From contig NC_045701.1 of the NCBI RefSeq assembly GCF_009834535.1, positions 20,584,001-20,648,000 on the forward strand: a stretch of 64,000 nt of DNA, written 5' to 3'. Under the pieces are notes generated by a model. The model searched no databases, was not told the origin of the DNA, and saw nothing but the letters and a program-made list of their open reading frames with translations. Positions 10,901 through 22,640 of this stretch are shown here, one piece after another; position 1 is the first letter of the stretch; every line of letters begins with the position of its first letter. The position numbers and the translations under genes are program-made. The stretch is from Camelus ferus (lineage: Eukaryota).

Positions 10901-13900
10901 AGCTCAATGTGCTATATAAAATTTTTTATCAGATGAATATAATTTATTGAATCTAATGAAGACTGTCTTGAGATAAACTTGCAGAATTATTCTTTTGTTC
11001 TTCATGAAGTTGTATTTCAGCATCAGTGTTTCTTCATTATAGACATAATTAACCAAAACATTGCTAAAACAATAACGACTTAAACTGAGTGTCAGAATCT
11101 CCACAGCCATTGAATATGTGCTTCTGATCTCCATTAGCTGCCCAGCACATCAGTCATAGTGCATTTGGAGGCTCTCAGATTGTTGTGTTTCAAAGAGAAA
11201 CAGATTATTATTTAGCTTTTAAGCCTATTTTGATCTCAATGTCTTTTTTTCCTACAGCATGATATACATCTACTAAACGTATAGAGGTGAAGAGGGCTGA
11301 ACGATGAAGGCAATGAGTTATGTAATCGAACATAGCCAATAATAGGGTTCTGGAGAGCAAGAATAGGATTCTGTTTGATTTGCAGAATAAAATAAATTTT
11401 AGGCAGAGAAGAAAGGGGAAGTTTTAAAACTGACAAAGAACCAAGTAGTTTCTTATTATAATTCAGTATGCCCCATGAATCTGACTTGTTTCTGCATCCT
11501 TTGTAAAACACTTTACACATCATGGCCCTCCATTTGCATTCCAACGTCAAAGCCCATTGCATCTTTGTGAATTTTGGTCCTGGGGTGCAGGACAGCAGAC
11601 GGGGCTGGCGGTAGTTAAGAGAGCAATCCCTTGGTGGCTCTGGGACCCCAGAATGGGAAGGCAGTAACTTGCAGCTGTTATCCATACTGATACCAGCTGG
11701 AGATGAGTCGTGGCTATTTTTCATGTTGGATTCTGTCCTCCCCTGTATTTCACAGGTTGAAGCAACAATGGTTTTAAGAGAAACTCAACGAAAAATGGCA
11801 CAGCAGTGGGCACAACTGTGGTTTATAGCAGTTGCTGATCATTCTCTATCCTTCAGCTTCCTGCTTCCTTAACCTTCACTCCTCTGCTCTACCCTGACAG
11901 AAGTGCTAGAATCCTCAAACACTCAGCTGTGGCCACTGAAGCTGACTCTGGAAGTGGCAACTTGGTTCATCTTGTTTACTTTCATCTTTGAGATCCTTCT
12001 TATGTGGCTATCCAGCTTTTCCCTCTTCTGGAAGAATGCCTGGAATGTCTTTGACTTTGTTGTCACCATACTGGTAAGGATAGGTATCCTGAGGATTAGT
12101 TTACTGGGCTGAGGACTGTGTCTAGATGAATCAAAGGCAAGAAAAGTTAATTAGAGCACAGGAAGCAACAAATAGAAAGGACCTAACTTCCTTATTTTGA
12201 CTTTTTTTCTCTCTAAAACTAAAAGCCAGTCATTGCAGGAATTGTTGGTATTAGGAGCAAGGCAGAATCTAAACCACAACACTAACCCCAGCAATAACAT
12301 TTACCAGTTACTAAGCACTTAATAAATGCCAGGCACTGTCCTGTTTCACATGCATTTTTTTCATTTGAGCTCCACAACAACCCAACAAGATAAGCACTGC
12401 GTTATCCCCTTTTTACATCTGACCAAGTTGAAGTGCAGAGTTTAAGTAATTTCGTATAGAAAGGCTGAATAGGAAACAGTCCCCAGAGACTGCTGTTCAA
12501 GGAATAATGCCCAAGAAACTATGGAAAAGAAGAGAGAAAGAAGGGGCAGCTGTGCTTGGGTGCTTTGGGGGTATATTTTATCCATAATCTGTGTGTTTCC
12601 CACAGTCCCTGCTTCCTGAGGTTGTGTTGCTGGTAGGGGTAACAAGCCAATCCATATGGCTCCGGTTGCTGAGGATCTGCCGGGTGCTGAGGTCTCTTAA
12701 ACTCTTTGCACGATTCCGTCAAGTTCGAGTCATTATCTTGGCCCTGGTCAGGGCCCTAAAGGTGATTTGACTATTGTAGCTAAATCAAGTGGGCAAGGTG
12801 GATAAGTGTGGGGGTTTAACATGAAACAAGTCTAGGTGGGTGAAAGAAGGCAGTGAAAGACCCTGTGAAAGGTTGTTGATGAGAAAGGGCTGGGGACAAG
12901 CTGCTGTGGTCTAGAGATAACTGTGCTCAGGCTAGAAGTGAGGGTTTAGTAGGGGGGTTTCCAGGGAGGGGTCCTGACTGGGCTGTAGGTGGAGATCAGC
13001 CTAGTCTGGCCCAGCTCTGACTCAATGTCGTGGCCTCTAGAGCATGACCTTCCTCTTGATGTTGCTGCTCATATTCTTCTACATTTTTGCTGTGGCTGGT
13101 GTCTACTTCTTCGAGAATTACACCCGTTCAACTCGCCAGGACCTGGAGTACCACATGTTCTTCTCGTAGGCAGGACTGGGGGAAGCCCGGGTGTGGGTGG
13201 GGGTGGGGAGAATTTGGACAAGAGACTGGGAAGCTAGTCCAAAGTATGATAAGTCAAAAAGTATAGTCTATTGTAAAAAAGTGGAGTAGAACACAGTAAG
13301 GAGAAGGAAAAAGAAAGCAAAGAAATAGAGTGGTGTTAGCTCTGATTGTAAGGATAACCTAGTTCCAGGTTTGCTCTGGGTTTTGCAAATTCAAATTTAC
13401 CTTCATCAGCGATCTTTAAATAGCATTTTACTGCAGTGGTTAAGCCCTGCTTTCTGTGCCTCAGTTATCTCTTGAAAACTGGGATTAAAAGTAGTACTGC
13501 TTCATAAGGATGTGGGGATAAACGAGGTAACACATGTCAGCACTTAGCACAGCACTTCACACATTGTAGGTGATCAGTGAATGTTAATAGGACTCTCAAA
13601 CATGGTCACTAGTTTAACCCAATCTCTAAGTGTGGAGATTACACATGTACGCACTTACACTCTTTCAAATGTAAAATCCTGATAAGATCTTTGTCTAGCG
13701 AACACTGATTACTTGGTAGAAAGTCGATTTGGATTTAAAGGAGATAAGCTTATTTATGAATTGGAATCCAATCTTGTCAGCACCTCTTGGGTCTCTATCT
13801 TAGACTAGCAGTTAGATTTGTAGGAGTACTACTGACTTAAGAAAGTTCTAGAATTCATCCTGTTCTGGCCCTGATGTTTTCAATAATTTATATATGGAGG

Positions 13901-16900
13901 CATAAGAAGGAAAGAAGGAGAATTTGGATATCTTCCTGAGACCTTTGATGATACATTTATCATCATTCATTATTTGGGATCACATGTTTCTGTTACATCA
14001 GTTCATTCCACCAAACTACATAGGAATGATGTTTGCTATATTTGTGAGTGATCTCATCAGGTGAACTGCATAGAACAGTGGAAAATGAACTTACAGAAAA
14101 ATGATATGCAGTTGGTGATTCATTCAGTTTTTAAAACTTCAGTCAGTGCCTGTTTACTGAGAACCTACTATGCCCCAGGCACTGATGAAATAATGAGGGA
14201 TACTGATAGATTATTCATAATAAATGAAAACATAATAAAACAATTTCTAATTGAAGAAAGATTAGCTAAAAAAAATTGAGTATGGTAGAAAAGGAGCCAA
14301 AGTCAGAGAAAACTACAAATAAATGTTCTTATGTTGCTTTAAGAGTGAGAATGATAGTACATCTGAGAGGTTTCACTCCCTCTGTCTGTAAACACGCCTC
14401 CTTTTTCTTTAGGGACCTGCTGAATTCCCTAGTAACGGTGTTCATCCTCTTCACCATGGATCACTGGTATGCACTACTTCAGGATACCTGGAAGGTGCCT
14501 GAAGTGAGCCGCGTTTTCAGCAGTATCTATGTCATCCTCTTGTTGTTACTTGGTTCCATCGTCTTTCGAAATATCATAGTATCCATGATGGGTAAGCATA
14601 GAAGAGGCCAAACTTGGTGGGAGGGGTGTCCGAGAGGAAATCAGAATGAAAGTTAGGACTGGTGGACTGTGGAGAGAGAGAACCCGATGTAGCAGGAAGG
14701 TGTGGGGCCTGGAATGGATATTTCACTTGGTTTCTCCCCACTGAGCCCTCTCCCCTGATCTAGTCACCACCATCTCCTGACTTCTCATGGCCCTTTGGGG
14801 CAGTTACTAACTTCCAGAATATCAGGAATGAGCTGAACGAAGAGAAGACACACCTGGAGGTTCAGCACAAAGCTGACATATTCAAGTGGCAGATTATCCA
14901 GAGGTCTGCTTCCTGGTTTTCAAACCCGACTTTAGTTCTCAAGGGTTTCCTGCTCTCATTCCCTGTTCCTACTCCTTGGCCTTGACCTCGTTTTTCCCTT
15001 TGTGACAGATTTGCCTCAGAGTTAGAATTCCCCAGCTCTGAAGCACTGTCTGATTCTTTATCCGCTGTCAGGGCTTCCCCACTCTTTTTCATTCCTCTAC
15101 TACAGTTCGTTCTCCTCACTCAGTTTTCAGTCTCTTTATGATCGGTATTCTTTTCTTTTTTTCCTTACTGCACTCCTGCTTCAGTATAACTCTCTTCCCT
15201 CGTTTGTGTGTTTTGTTTTGTAGGAGACAAAACCTAGCCCCTGAGGCAAAGAAGTCAAGCATTGTCAAAATGGATGTCAGGTTAGGAGTGTGTATGTGAA
15301 GTGGGATGGACACACGTGAGGAAGGAGAGGATAGAAAACCAAAGGTGAAGATTGGCTTTGAGAGAGAATTCATTCATTCATTAACTGTTTATTGTAGTGG
15401 GTTGAATGGTGGCCTCCAAATAGATATGCCCATGTGCTAACCCCCGGAACCTGTGAACATGACCTCATTTGAGAAGAAGGATCTTTGCAGATCCAATTAA
15501 ATTAAGGATCTTGAGATGTGATCATCTTAGATTATCCAGATGGGCCACAAATCCAGTGACAAGGGTCCTTATAAGAGACAGAAGACATAGACATAGAGAA
15601 CAGGAGAAGGGGTATCAAGATAGAGCTAGAGATTGGATTGATACAACCACAAGCCAGGGGGAGCCAGTGGATGCCAGGCAACTAACTGCCAGAAGCTAAA
15701 AGAAGCAAGGAACCTTCTCCCCTAGAGCTTGCAAAAGGAGCATGGCCCTGTTGGCACGTTGATTTCAGACTTCTGGCTTCCAGAATTGTGAGAAAATGGA
15801 TTTGTCTTGTTTTAAGCTACCAAGTGTGTGGCAATTTGTTACAGCATCCCCAGGAAATTAATAAAAGCACCTTCTGTGATACAGATGCTATTCAAGACTC
15901 TGAGTGTTGAGTGCTCAGGAAAGCAGAAGGAGCAATAAGAAATCCATTCAACATATAACTATTGAATATTTATTACGTACTTGGAGTATATCAGTGAACA
16001 AAATAGACAATAATGGTGGTAATCATGAGGCTTATATGCCAGTTGAAGGAAAGAGACAATAAACAATGAACATAATAATAAGTAAGTTAATACATTAAAA
16101 TGTGGTAAGCATCATGAAAAAATAGGAAGAACATGTTAAGGGGGATTGGGGGGTTGCATATGGGTTATAATTTTAAACAAGGTAGTCAGGGTGGCCTCAC
16201 TGAAAAGGTAACATCTGAGCACAGACTTGGAGGAGACGAGGTGATTACTACATGGGTATCTATGGGAAGAGTGTTGTAGGCAGAGGGAGTAGCTAGTGTG
16301 AAGGTCCTAAACCAGAAGCATGCCTGGTGTGTTTGAGAAACAGCAAAGGAAGCTATTGTGACTGAAGCAGAGTGAGCAGGTGGGGAGAGGGATAGGAGAT
16401 GAGGGCAGAGAGAGAATGGGAACCTGATCCTGTAGGGCTGTGGGAGCCGTTACAAAGACTTAGGCTTCGACTCTGAAATGGGGCACTTAGCAGAGCAGTG
16501 ACATGAAATGACTTACTTTTAAGAAGGATTAGTCTGGTTGCTGTGTAGATGGGGAGACCATAGAACAAGGGAAGAAGCAGAGAGCTGAGTTAGGAGGCTT
16601 TACTGCTCTCCAGGCAAGAGGTGTTGATGGCTCAGACCAGAGTGGTAGCAATGGTACTGGTGAGAAAAGGTATATTTTGTAAGTAGAGTCAACAGGATTT
16701 CTTGGTGGATTGGATGTAGGGTACAAGAGAATTAAGGATAGAAGTTCTGGCCTGAGCAATTGGAAGGGTAGACTTCCCGAGATGGAGAAGTCTGTGGGTG
16801 GGAGAGGTTTGGTGGGCAAAGAGTTCAGTTTTGATTGAGATGTCCATTAGACTTTCAAGTCGTGAATATGTGAGTAAAAGTTGTATATGCAACTCTGGAT

Positions 16901-19629
16901 TAAGGAGTGAAGTCTGGACACTTAAGAGGCTTACACTTCCATCTAGCAGGCATTTAAACTCAGGAGAGTTTACTAATGGAGCGGCTGTAGATGGAGAACA
17001 GATGGAGAAGATAAAAGCAGCTGAGCCCCAGGTCACTCTACTTTAAAGAGAAGGACTCGAGAGGGCACAGGCCATAGTTGTGATGTAACAGGCATAGGAC
17101 CAAGGGGTGGGGAGCTAAAACTTGGCAAAATACCGTGGGGTGTGGAATGTAGAAGCATGAGTAAGATTGAGCACAGAAGCTATGTGGTGAGGGGCACTGA
17201 TAGGGGTACATCACATGGGCTAATTGAGGTTAGATGAACTTAGATTTTGGGAGCAGTTTGACCCTCATTGCCTTAAGTGCTAACTTTAGGCCAGGGCCAG
17301 GACCAGAATTATGAAAGAACTAGTCATATCAGGTACATGTATTTGAAGCAATGAAAATTTCCCATTTCACTTGTAGAGATGCCAGTCAACAAGGGAAATC
17401 CTTGAACTTAACAGAAGCTTCTGAAGAAGAGTCTAAACACAGTGCCACTAAAGAGGGTTCAAGAGAATCTAAGTCAAAAACAAAGAAGTCAGAAGTGAAA
17501 AAGTCTGCCTCTTCCCCCTCCTGTTCATCCTCCAACTATTCCTCTCCTTATGAGTCCATATATTTGGACCCTATTGGTAAGCAGATGGTTTCTCCCATTT
17601 GAATTCAGACTTCTCTTCTCTATGCAACAGCCCAACCTTTTTATCTCCCCCTAATTCAAGTATAGTTGATTTACAGTGTTGTGTTAGTTTCTGATCTACA
17701 GCAAAATGATTCAGTCATATATGTGTGTGTGTGTGTGGTATACAATGTATATACACCATACAGTATATATACCACAGCATTCTATTGTGGATGTTGAGTA
17801 TAGTTCTGTGTGCTATATAGTAAGACCTTATTTATCTATTCTGTAGATAGTGGTTTGTGTCTGCTAATCCTCAACTCCTAATTTATCCCTCCCTCATCAT
17901 TTCCCCTTTGGTAACCACAAGTTTGTTTTCTAGAGACATCCCAGTCTTAATAGGAGCTTTCCCACTACGTCTATTTCCCAGTTTTCTCCACCAGTCTGAT
18001 TTTCTGGTCTTGATAACTTTCTTCACATTTCTTCATTCTTCTCCCTGCTTCCTGTATCCTCTTTCATCCCTACTTTTCCCCACACTCCATAGGATTTATC
18101 AGCTTTTATCCAACTTCCACAAATTATGTATGTTTTATTTTCTTTACTTTTAATCTTTTTTTTCTTTTTTAGTGGAGGAACTGGGGATTGAACCCAGGAC
18201 CTTGTGCATACTAAACATGTGCTCTACCACTGAGCTATACCCAACCCCTAGTTTTGTTTTGAAGAATCATTCCTCCCTCCAGGTCAGTTGGACTGGGAGA
18301 CTCACGTGCACCAGAATCTGCCTGGGTTAATGGATATGGATCAGGATGAACGTGTTGTTTGGCCTAGAGATTCACTCTTCCGATATTTTGAGTTGCTGGA
18401 AAAGCTTCAGTATAACCTAGAGGAGCGTAAGCGGTTGCAGGAGTTCGCAGGTATGGATTTAGGGCAGTCATGGAGACCTGGAGTTAAATCCTTTGGAGTA
18501 GCCTACGTAACTGAGGAGAAGAAGGAGGGTGTTCACTATTTTGGCATCTCAGCCTCTGAATTTCCACCTCACACCTAAAAAAGGCAAATTCATGATTTGA
18601 TATGTCACATTCTGGGCCTGTGTCATGATTTCTTCCGACCTTGTGAGGACCTGGCAACTCTGCTTCTCTAGAAGGGGACAGCTAAATCCTATGAAGTCTG
18701 AGAGCTTGTTTCCCAAGAGGAGAGTATCCAAATCCAGCTGTTGGGGATTAGGATAAGGCAGGCTGTCACTCTGTTTGGGCAGCCTGCCCACCTTTTGTAC
18801 ATGTTTCTTCCCTTTGAAGGTCACATTTCTGACCTGAGCAGTAAGGACCTCAGGTTCAAGTTAGGTAGGTATGGGGATTGGACAGCGAGCAGAAAGCCCA
18901 CTAGTGCCTGCTGCTCTCAACCCCTAAAAGAGATTTACAGACTACACTTCCTTTCAGTCCCTTCTAGTAGCCTATGGAGAGACATATATGTGATTTAAAT
19001 AGTAGAATTTGATTTAACCTGAGAACTACCTGCTCAAAATTATTTTCCCTAAATTTCTCACTTAAAATTTCACCACTTGGAGATTAATTTGGATGAATGA
19101 ATTTTCCCCCTAAAAAATACAAAAGGGACTTTTTTTCAATATAATAAAGATTAGTGTTATTCTCATACCTAGTTGAAATCAACCCAAAGTGAAAGTAACA
19201 ATGGAGGAAGAAGAATATGTGTATGTCGTGGGCACAGGAGAGCAATAAGAGGAATTTATAACATTGGAACATGGAAGTTAGAGCAGGATGTCAGAGGGGC
19301 TTTGCCTACTTCAAAATGTTGCATCGTTATCCTGTTCTTTCCAATTTTCCTCAGCCCTGCCTTCTCATTTGTTCTGGGAGAACAGGGTGAAAGGGTGGAG
19401 AAGGTAGCAAGATGGCCTGTTTAACTGTGATTAATTCATCTTTGGCAAAGAGGGCAGACTTATGTGGCTTAATTTAAAGTTGAGATGAGTAAAGATTTGA
19501 ATGGGAACCTAGAACCCAGAAAAGCAGGGTCTTCACCAGACATTTGTATATTCGGAATAGTCTCAGCTCTCCAGCCTCACAGTCTGTTTCTTTACAGTGC
19601 AGGCACTGATGAACTTTGAAGACAAGTAA
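7904..19629 (+). CDS. CATSPER2: Cation channel sperm-associated protein 2, complete, 525 aa. Coding exons 7904-8048, 8544-8717, 8912-8980, 11901-12073, 12606-12761, 13041-13165, 14413-14591, 14804-14903, 15224-15280, 17377-17576, 18283-18450, 19598-19629
   Basis: Joined CDS is 1578 nt and open: MATYRPAGHMQLPRADAIRSRLIDTFSLIEHLQ..., S4 LRICRVLRSLKLFARFR, pore TMDHW, C-terminus ...EFAVQALMNFEDK*. All introns GT-AG and in phase. The non-coding first exon was not located. Confidence 0.97.
12290..12470 (-). mobile_element. MIR
   Basis: TAAGCACTT...GCCAGGCACTGT...CCCCTTTTTACATCTGACCAAGTTGAAG resembles reversed MIR core. Confidence 0.55.
13420..13590 (+). mobile_element. MIR (internally deleted)
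   Basis: GTGGTTAAG...CTGTGCCTCAGTT...AAAACTGGGAT...GCACTTAGCACAG. Confidence 0.6.
15393..15865 (+). mobile_element. MaLR solo LTR (MLT1C/D-like) inserted into an L2 3' tail
   Basis: Starts TGTAGTGGGTTGAATGGTGGCCTCC and ends ...GGCAATTTGTTACAGC...GGAAATTAATA. Flanks TTCATTCATTCATTAACTGTTTAT and AAGCACCTTCTGTG continue an L2 tail. Confidence 0.85.
15940..17000 (-). mobile_element. L2 (LINE2) fragment
   Basis: CCATTCAACA...GAATATTTATT tail followed by purine-rich L2 antisense phrases (GGCCTCACTGAAAAGGTAACATCTGAGC, GGGAAGAGTGTTGTAGGCAGAGGG). Boundaries approximate. Confidence 0.75.
17650..17935 (-). mobile_element. L1 3' end of cetartiodactyl type
   Basis: AAGTATAGTTGATTTACAGTGTTGTGTTAGTTTCTG...CAGCAAAATGATTCAG...TTTCCCCTTTGGTAACCACAAGTTTGTTTT, with an embedded short (TG)n. 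Confidence 0.7.
18135..18249 (-). mobile_element. tRNA-derived SINE, camelid (Vic-1-like) family
   Basis: Reverse reads GGGGTTGGGTATAGCTCAGTGGTAGAGCACATGTTTAGTATGCACAAGGTCCTGGGTTCAATCCCCAGTTCCTCC + A-rich tail; A and B boxes present. Confidence 0.85.
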
Positions 19630-19716
19630 AAAACCCACAATGGATGGCTTCGATATCTTTGGCAAAAATTAATGAAGGGATTAGTTGGAAATGGAGAATT
19701 CAAAGTATAAATGTCT

Positions 19717-19722
19717 AATAAA
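19717..19722 (+). terminator. CATSPER2 polyadenylation signal AATAAA
   Basis: First AATAAA, 88 nt after the stop codon. Confidence 0.75.
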
Positions 19723-20617
19723 TACTGCTGATAACTTGTGCAGTGGTCTGTCTCTGAGACATAGGGGATACTGAAAGGTATGTCAAGTGAAAGTTAGTTC
19801 AGATGCCAGTGGGCCTGTGGTCCTTGGCTTTCTACCCTTTCCGCTGCTCCTGAGTCTCACACTTTCCTTGGCTTTGTCTCTATGGCCCCCACCCTTCCTG
19901 CAACCTCCGCTTCCTCAAAGAGTCCTAATTGCACCTTCTCTCTCACTGGTGGATATGGGCCTCTGGGGGATGGGGGCAGGGAGACCCCAGGAGCTTTAAG
20001 TGTAACTAATTGAGAACTCTTATTTCCATTGCTGCTCTAAGAACATTGCTTCTCCTTTGCACCGTTAACTTTAATCAAACATCATTTTCATCTGCTTCTG
20101 GGCCAAAAGAGAGTCCCTTTCTTCTCTTTCCTTGCCATTTCTGAGAGCAGTGATGTCATTCCATAGCGGGTGGAGCAAATCAGTATGTCCCATAGATTTT
20201 TAGTGTTGAAGGAGACCTCAGAGTTAATCTATCAAAGTAGGAATGCCTTTTAGGACATCACTGAAAGGGGGATTATCCAGCTAATGCTTAATGTTTCTAG
20301 TTACTGGTGACATTATCTAGAGAGGATCACTAGATAATAGTGTTAGATGGCTGAAGTCTTTAGAAATATCTATTATTAAAAATTCTACCACTTATTGAGT
20401 GCTCAACATATATGAACATGTACATGTATGAAGAACACATGAAATACTGAATTGCATACTTTAAAATGGTAAATTTTGTTATATGAATTAAATCTCAATT
20501 TTTAAAATGAAGTAAGTAAAGAGTATCTAAAACCAAGAACCAACATTATGTTTCAAGGAAAAGCATTTTAGTCCTTCTCCATAAAATGTAGAACAAAACA
20601 AAAATGTTTAAAAATAA

Positions 20618-20752
20618 GAGGAGAAAGGTATAGCTCAGTGGTAGAGTGCATGCTTAGCATGCACAAATTCCTCGTACCTCCATTAAATAAATACATAAAT
20701 AAATAAACCTAATTAATCCCCCCAAAAGACAAACAAAAAAATTTAAAAAGAA
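20618..20752 (+). mobile_element. tRNA-derived camelid-type SINE with B box deleted
   Basis: GGTATAGCTCAGTGGTAGAGTGCATGCTTAGCATGCAC...GTACCTCCATTAAATAAATA...CCTAATTAATCCCCCC. The GGTTC-containing segment seen in the other two copies is missing. Confidence 0.85.
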
Positions 20753-21279
20753 AAAATGAAAATAAAAGGATAGTTTGAAATTTTTTTAATAAATAAATTT
20801 TAAAAAATGAATGTCAATATATAATATTGTATTTAAAATCCAGTAATGAGAAATGTGGCATAAGTATTTGGAAGGACTGAAAATACTATTTTTAGACACG
20901 ATTGTATACATAGAAACCCCAAGGGAGTAACTAGAATCAGAGATAACAAAGGATTTCCATTAAGTACAAATAGAAGAAAAGAGGACTGGAGACAGAAACC
21001 TGAGAAACAGGAACATTTAAGGGATAGGAGGAGGAAGAGAAGCCAGAAAAGAAGCCTGACAGAGAAGAGCAGAAGAGACAGGATAGTCATTCTAGAGTAA
21101 TGTTCCTAGAGCCAAGACAGAATTTCAAGAAAGGAATGGTTCAATAGGATCTCAACTGGAGCATCCATTGAACACAGCAATCAGAATACAATAAACATAA
21201 TAGAACAGAGTAAGTATTGTTTAATAATTCTTACAGATGCTATCCACAAAGTGATACCCCTTGACCAGCATCTTTGAAT

Positions 21280-21420
21280 AGCTTTGCTCAAAGTATGGCC
21301 TGAGGACCAGCAGAATTGGCCTCATCTGGTGACCTGTTAGACCTGCAGAATCTTAGGTCCCAGCCCCTGGGCCTATTGAATCAGATGTTACAGATGGACA
21401 CTGAAGTTTCGAAAGCACTA
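21280..21420. mobile_element. MER5-like relic
   Basis: CTCAAAGTATGGCCTGAGGACCAGCAG...TGTTAGACCTGCAGAATCTTAGGTCCCAGCCC...ATTGAATCAGA...GAAGTTTCGAAAGCACT. Confidence 0.6.
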
Positions 21421-22139
21421 CTTTATAGCTATGTGGTGACCGATCCCCTCCTGGCTTTCTACCGCTAACCTCAAATGAATGGTCTATGCACGCTGCCTTA
21501 TTTTTTGACTCCTTCCTCAAATAAAATGATCTGGTTTCAATTCTACTAGAATGGAATTTATTTAACACCTTTGAATTTTTCCTATGTTCCAGACACTGTT
21601 ATAGGCATGTGGGTACATCAATGAATGAACAAGACAGAAATCCCTGCTGGTCCTAACTAGTTCCCCATAAAATAACCAAATAATAAATGATAACTTCCAT
21701 GAAGACAGTGGTTTTACCTCCTTCTACTTTTTCCCCCAAATTATCTTTCCAGTAGCCCAGAGCCATGCAATAATATCTGCTCAAAACCAAAAACAATTTT
21801 TTTTTCCTGACTAAATACAAATGTTTTAGGGTCTAAGGCTCAAGTCCCACTGGCAATGACTCCATGACTCCTCTAGCTTCCTTTATACCCTTGCCCTGAT
21901 CGAGTATACCTGCTGTCATTTTCACCACTATTCTTAAGTCAAGGAAGAAATTCAAGCTATATGCCAGGTAACTATGAGGGCTCCTCAGGAGCATTTTGGA
22001 AGTGATGTTACGGTTTAGATATTGTTGTGATATAACTAAATTTAAATTTTTTCTCATATGGTTTTATTAAGCTTTTATTTTGGAACAGAGTTTTCCCCTT
22101 TGGTCTCCAATTATCACTCATCTTCAAATATCAGTGGAG

Positions 22140-22640
22140 GGATACATACATTTGTTTTATGTATTGTGTTTTGTGTAAGGTGTTTCTGTTTAAATACACC
22201 TTATTTAATGTATGTTGTTGATTCATTAGCATTTACCTCTGTCAACAGCACCATAACTCATGCCTGAATAAAGTTGATCGAACGCACATTTTCTCTGTAA
22301 GGTATATCACAGCCTTCCTGTGCTCAGGAACACTAGAAAGCGCTTCAGCACTAACCTTGGAGGCCATTTTAAACAGTGAAATCACCAACAAAAAGCACAA
22401 ACATGCTAAAAATGTGGCACTAAATAGACTGTGAAAGGACATTTACCTACAGTATGAGAGGAAGGTGGAGTGTTGCCTTGTTTGACCTCAGCTGGGGATG
22501 TTTACATCGGGCAACTCAAATTTTCACTCTGCGCATGTCTGTGAATGACTGTGAAAATGCCAACAGGTATTGATTTGGGGGTCACAAATAAATTTTAGTG
22601 AGCAGTGGAATTCACAAAAACAGAACTCACAAATGAGAAA
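22140..22640 (-). mobile_element. Tigger/pogo-derived element (MER82-like) with a degraded transposase N-terminus
   Basis: Minus-strand ORF 22242-22442 contains KMASKVSAEALSSVPEHRKAVIYLTEK, resembling the start of a pogo transposase DNA-binding region; CCCAGCTGAGGTCAAACAAGGC core present. Confidence 0.7.

Noticed and set aside
22242-22442. Transposase-like ORF
   Set aside because: Only a short degraded N-terminal remnant in a non-autonomous element; not a domesticated gene.
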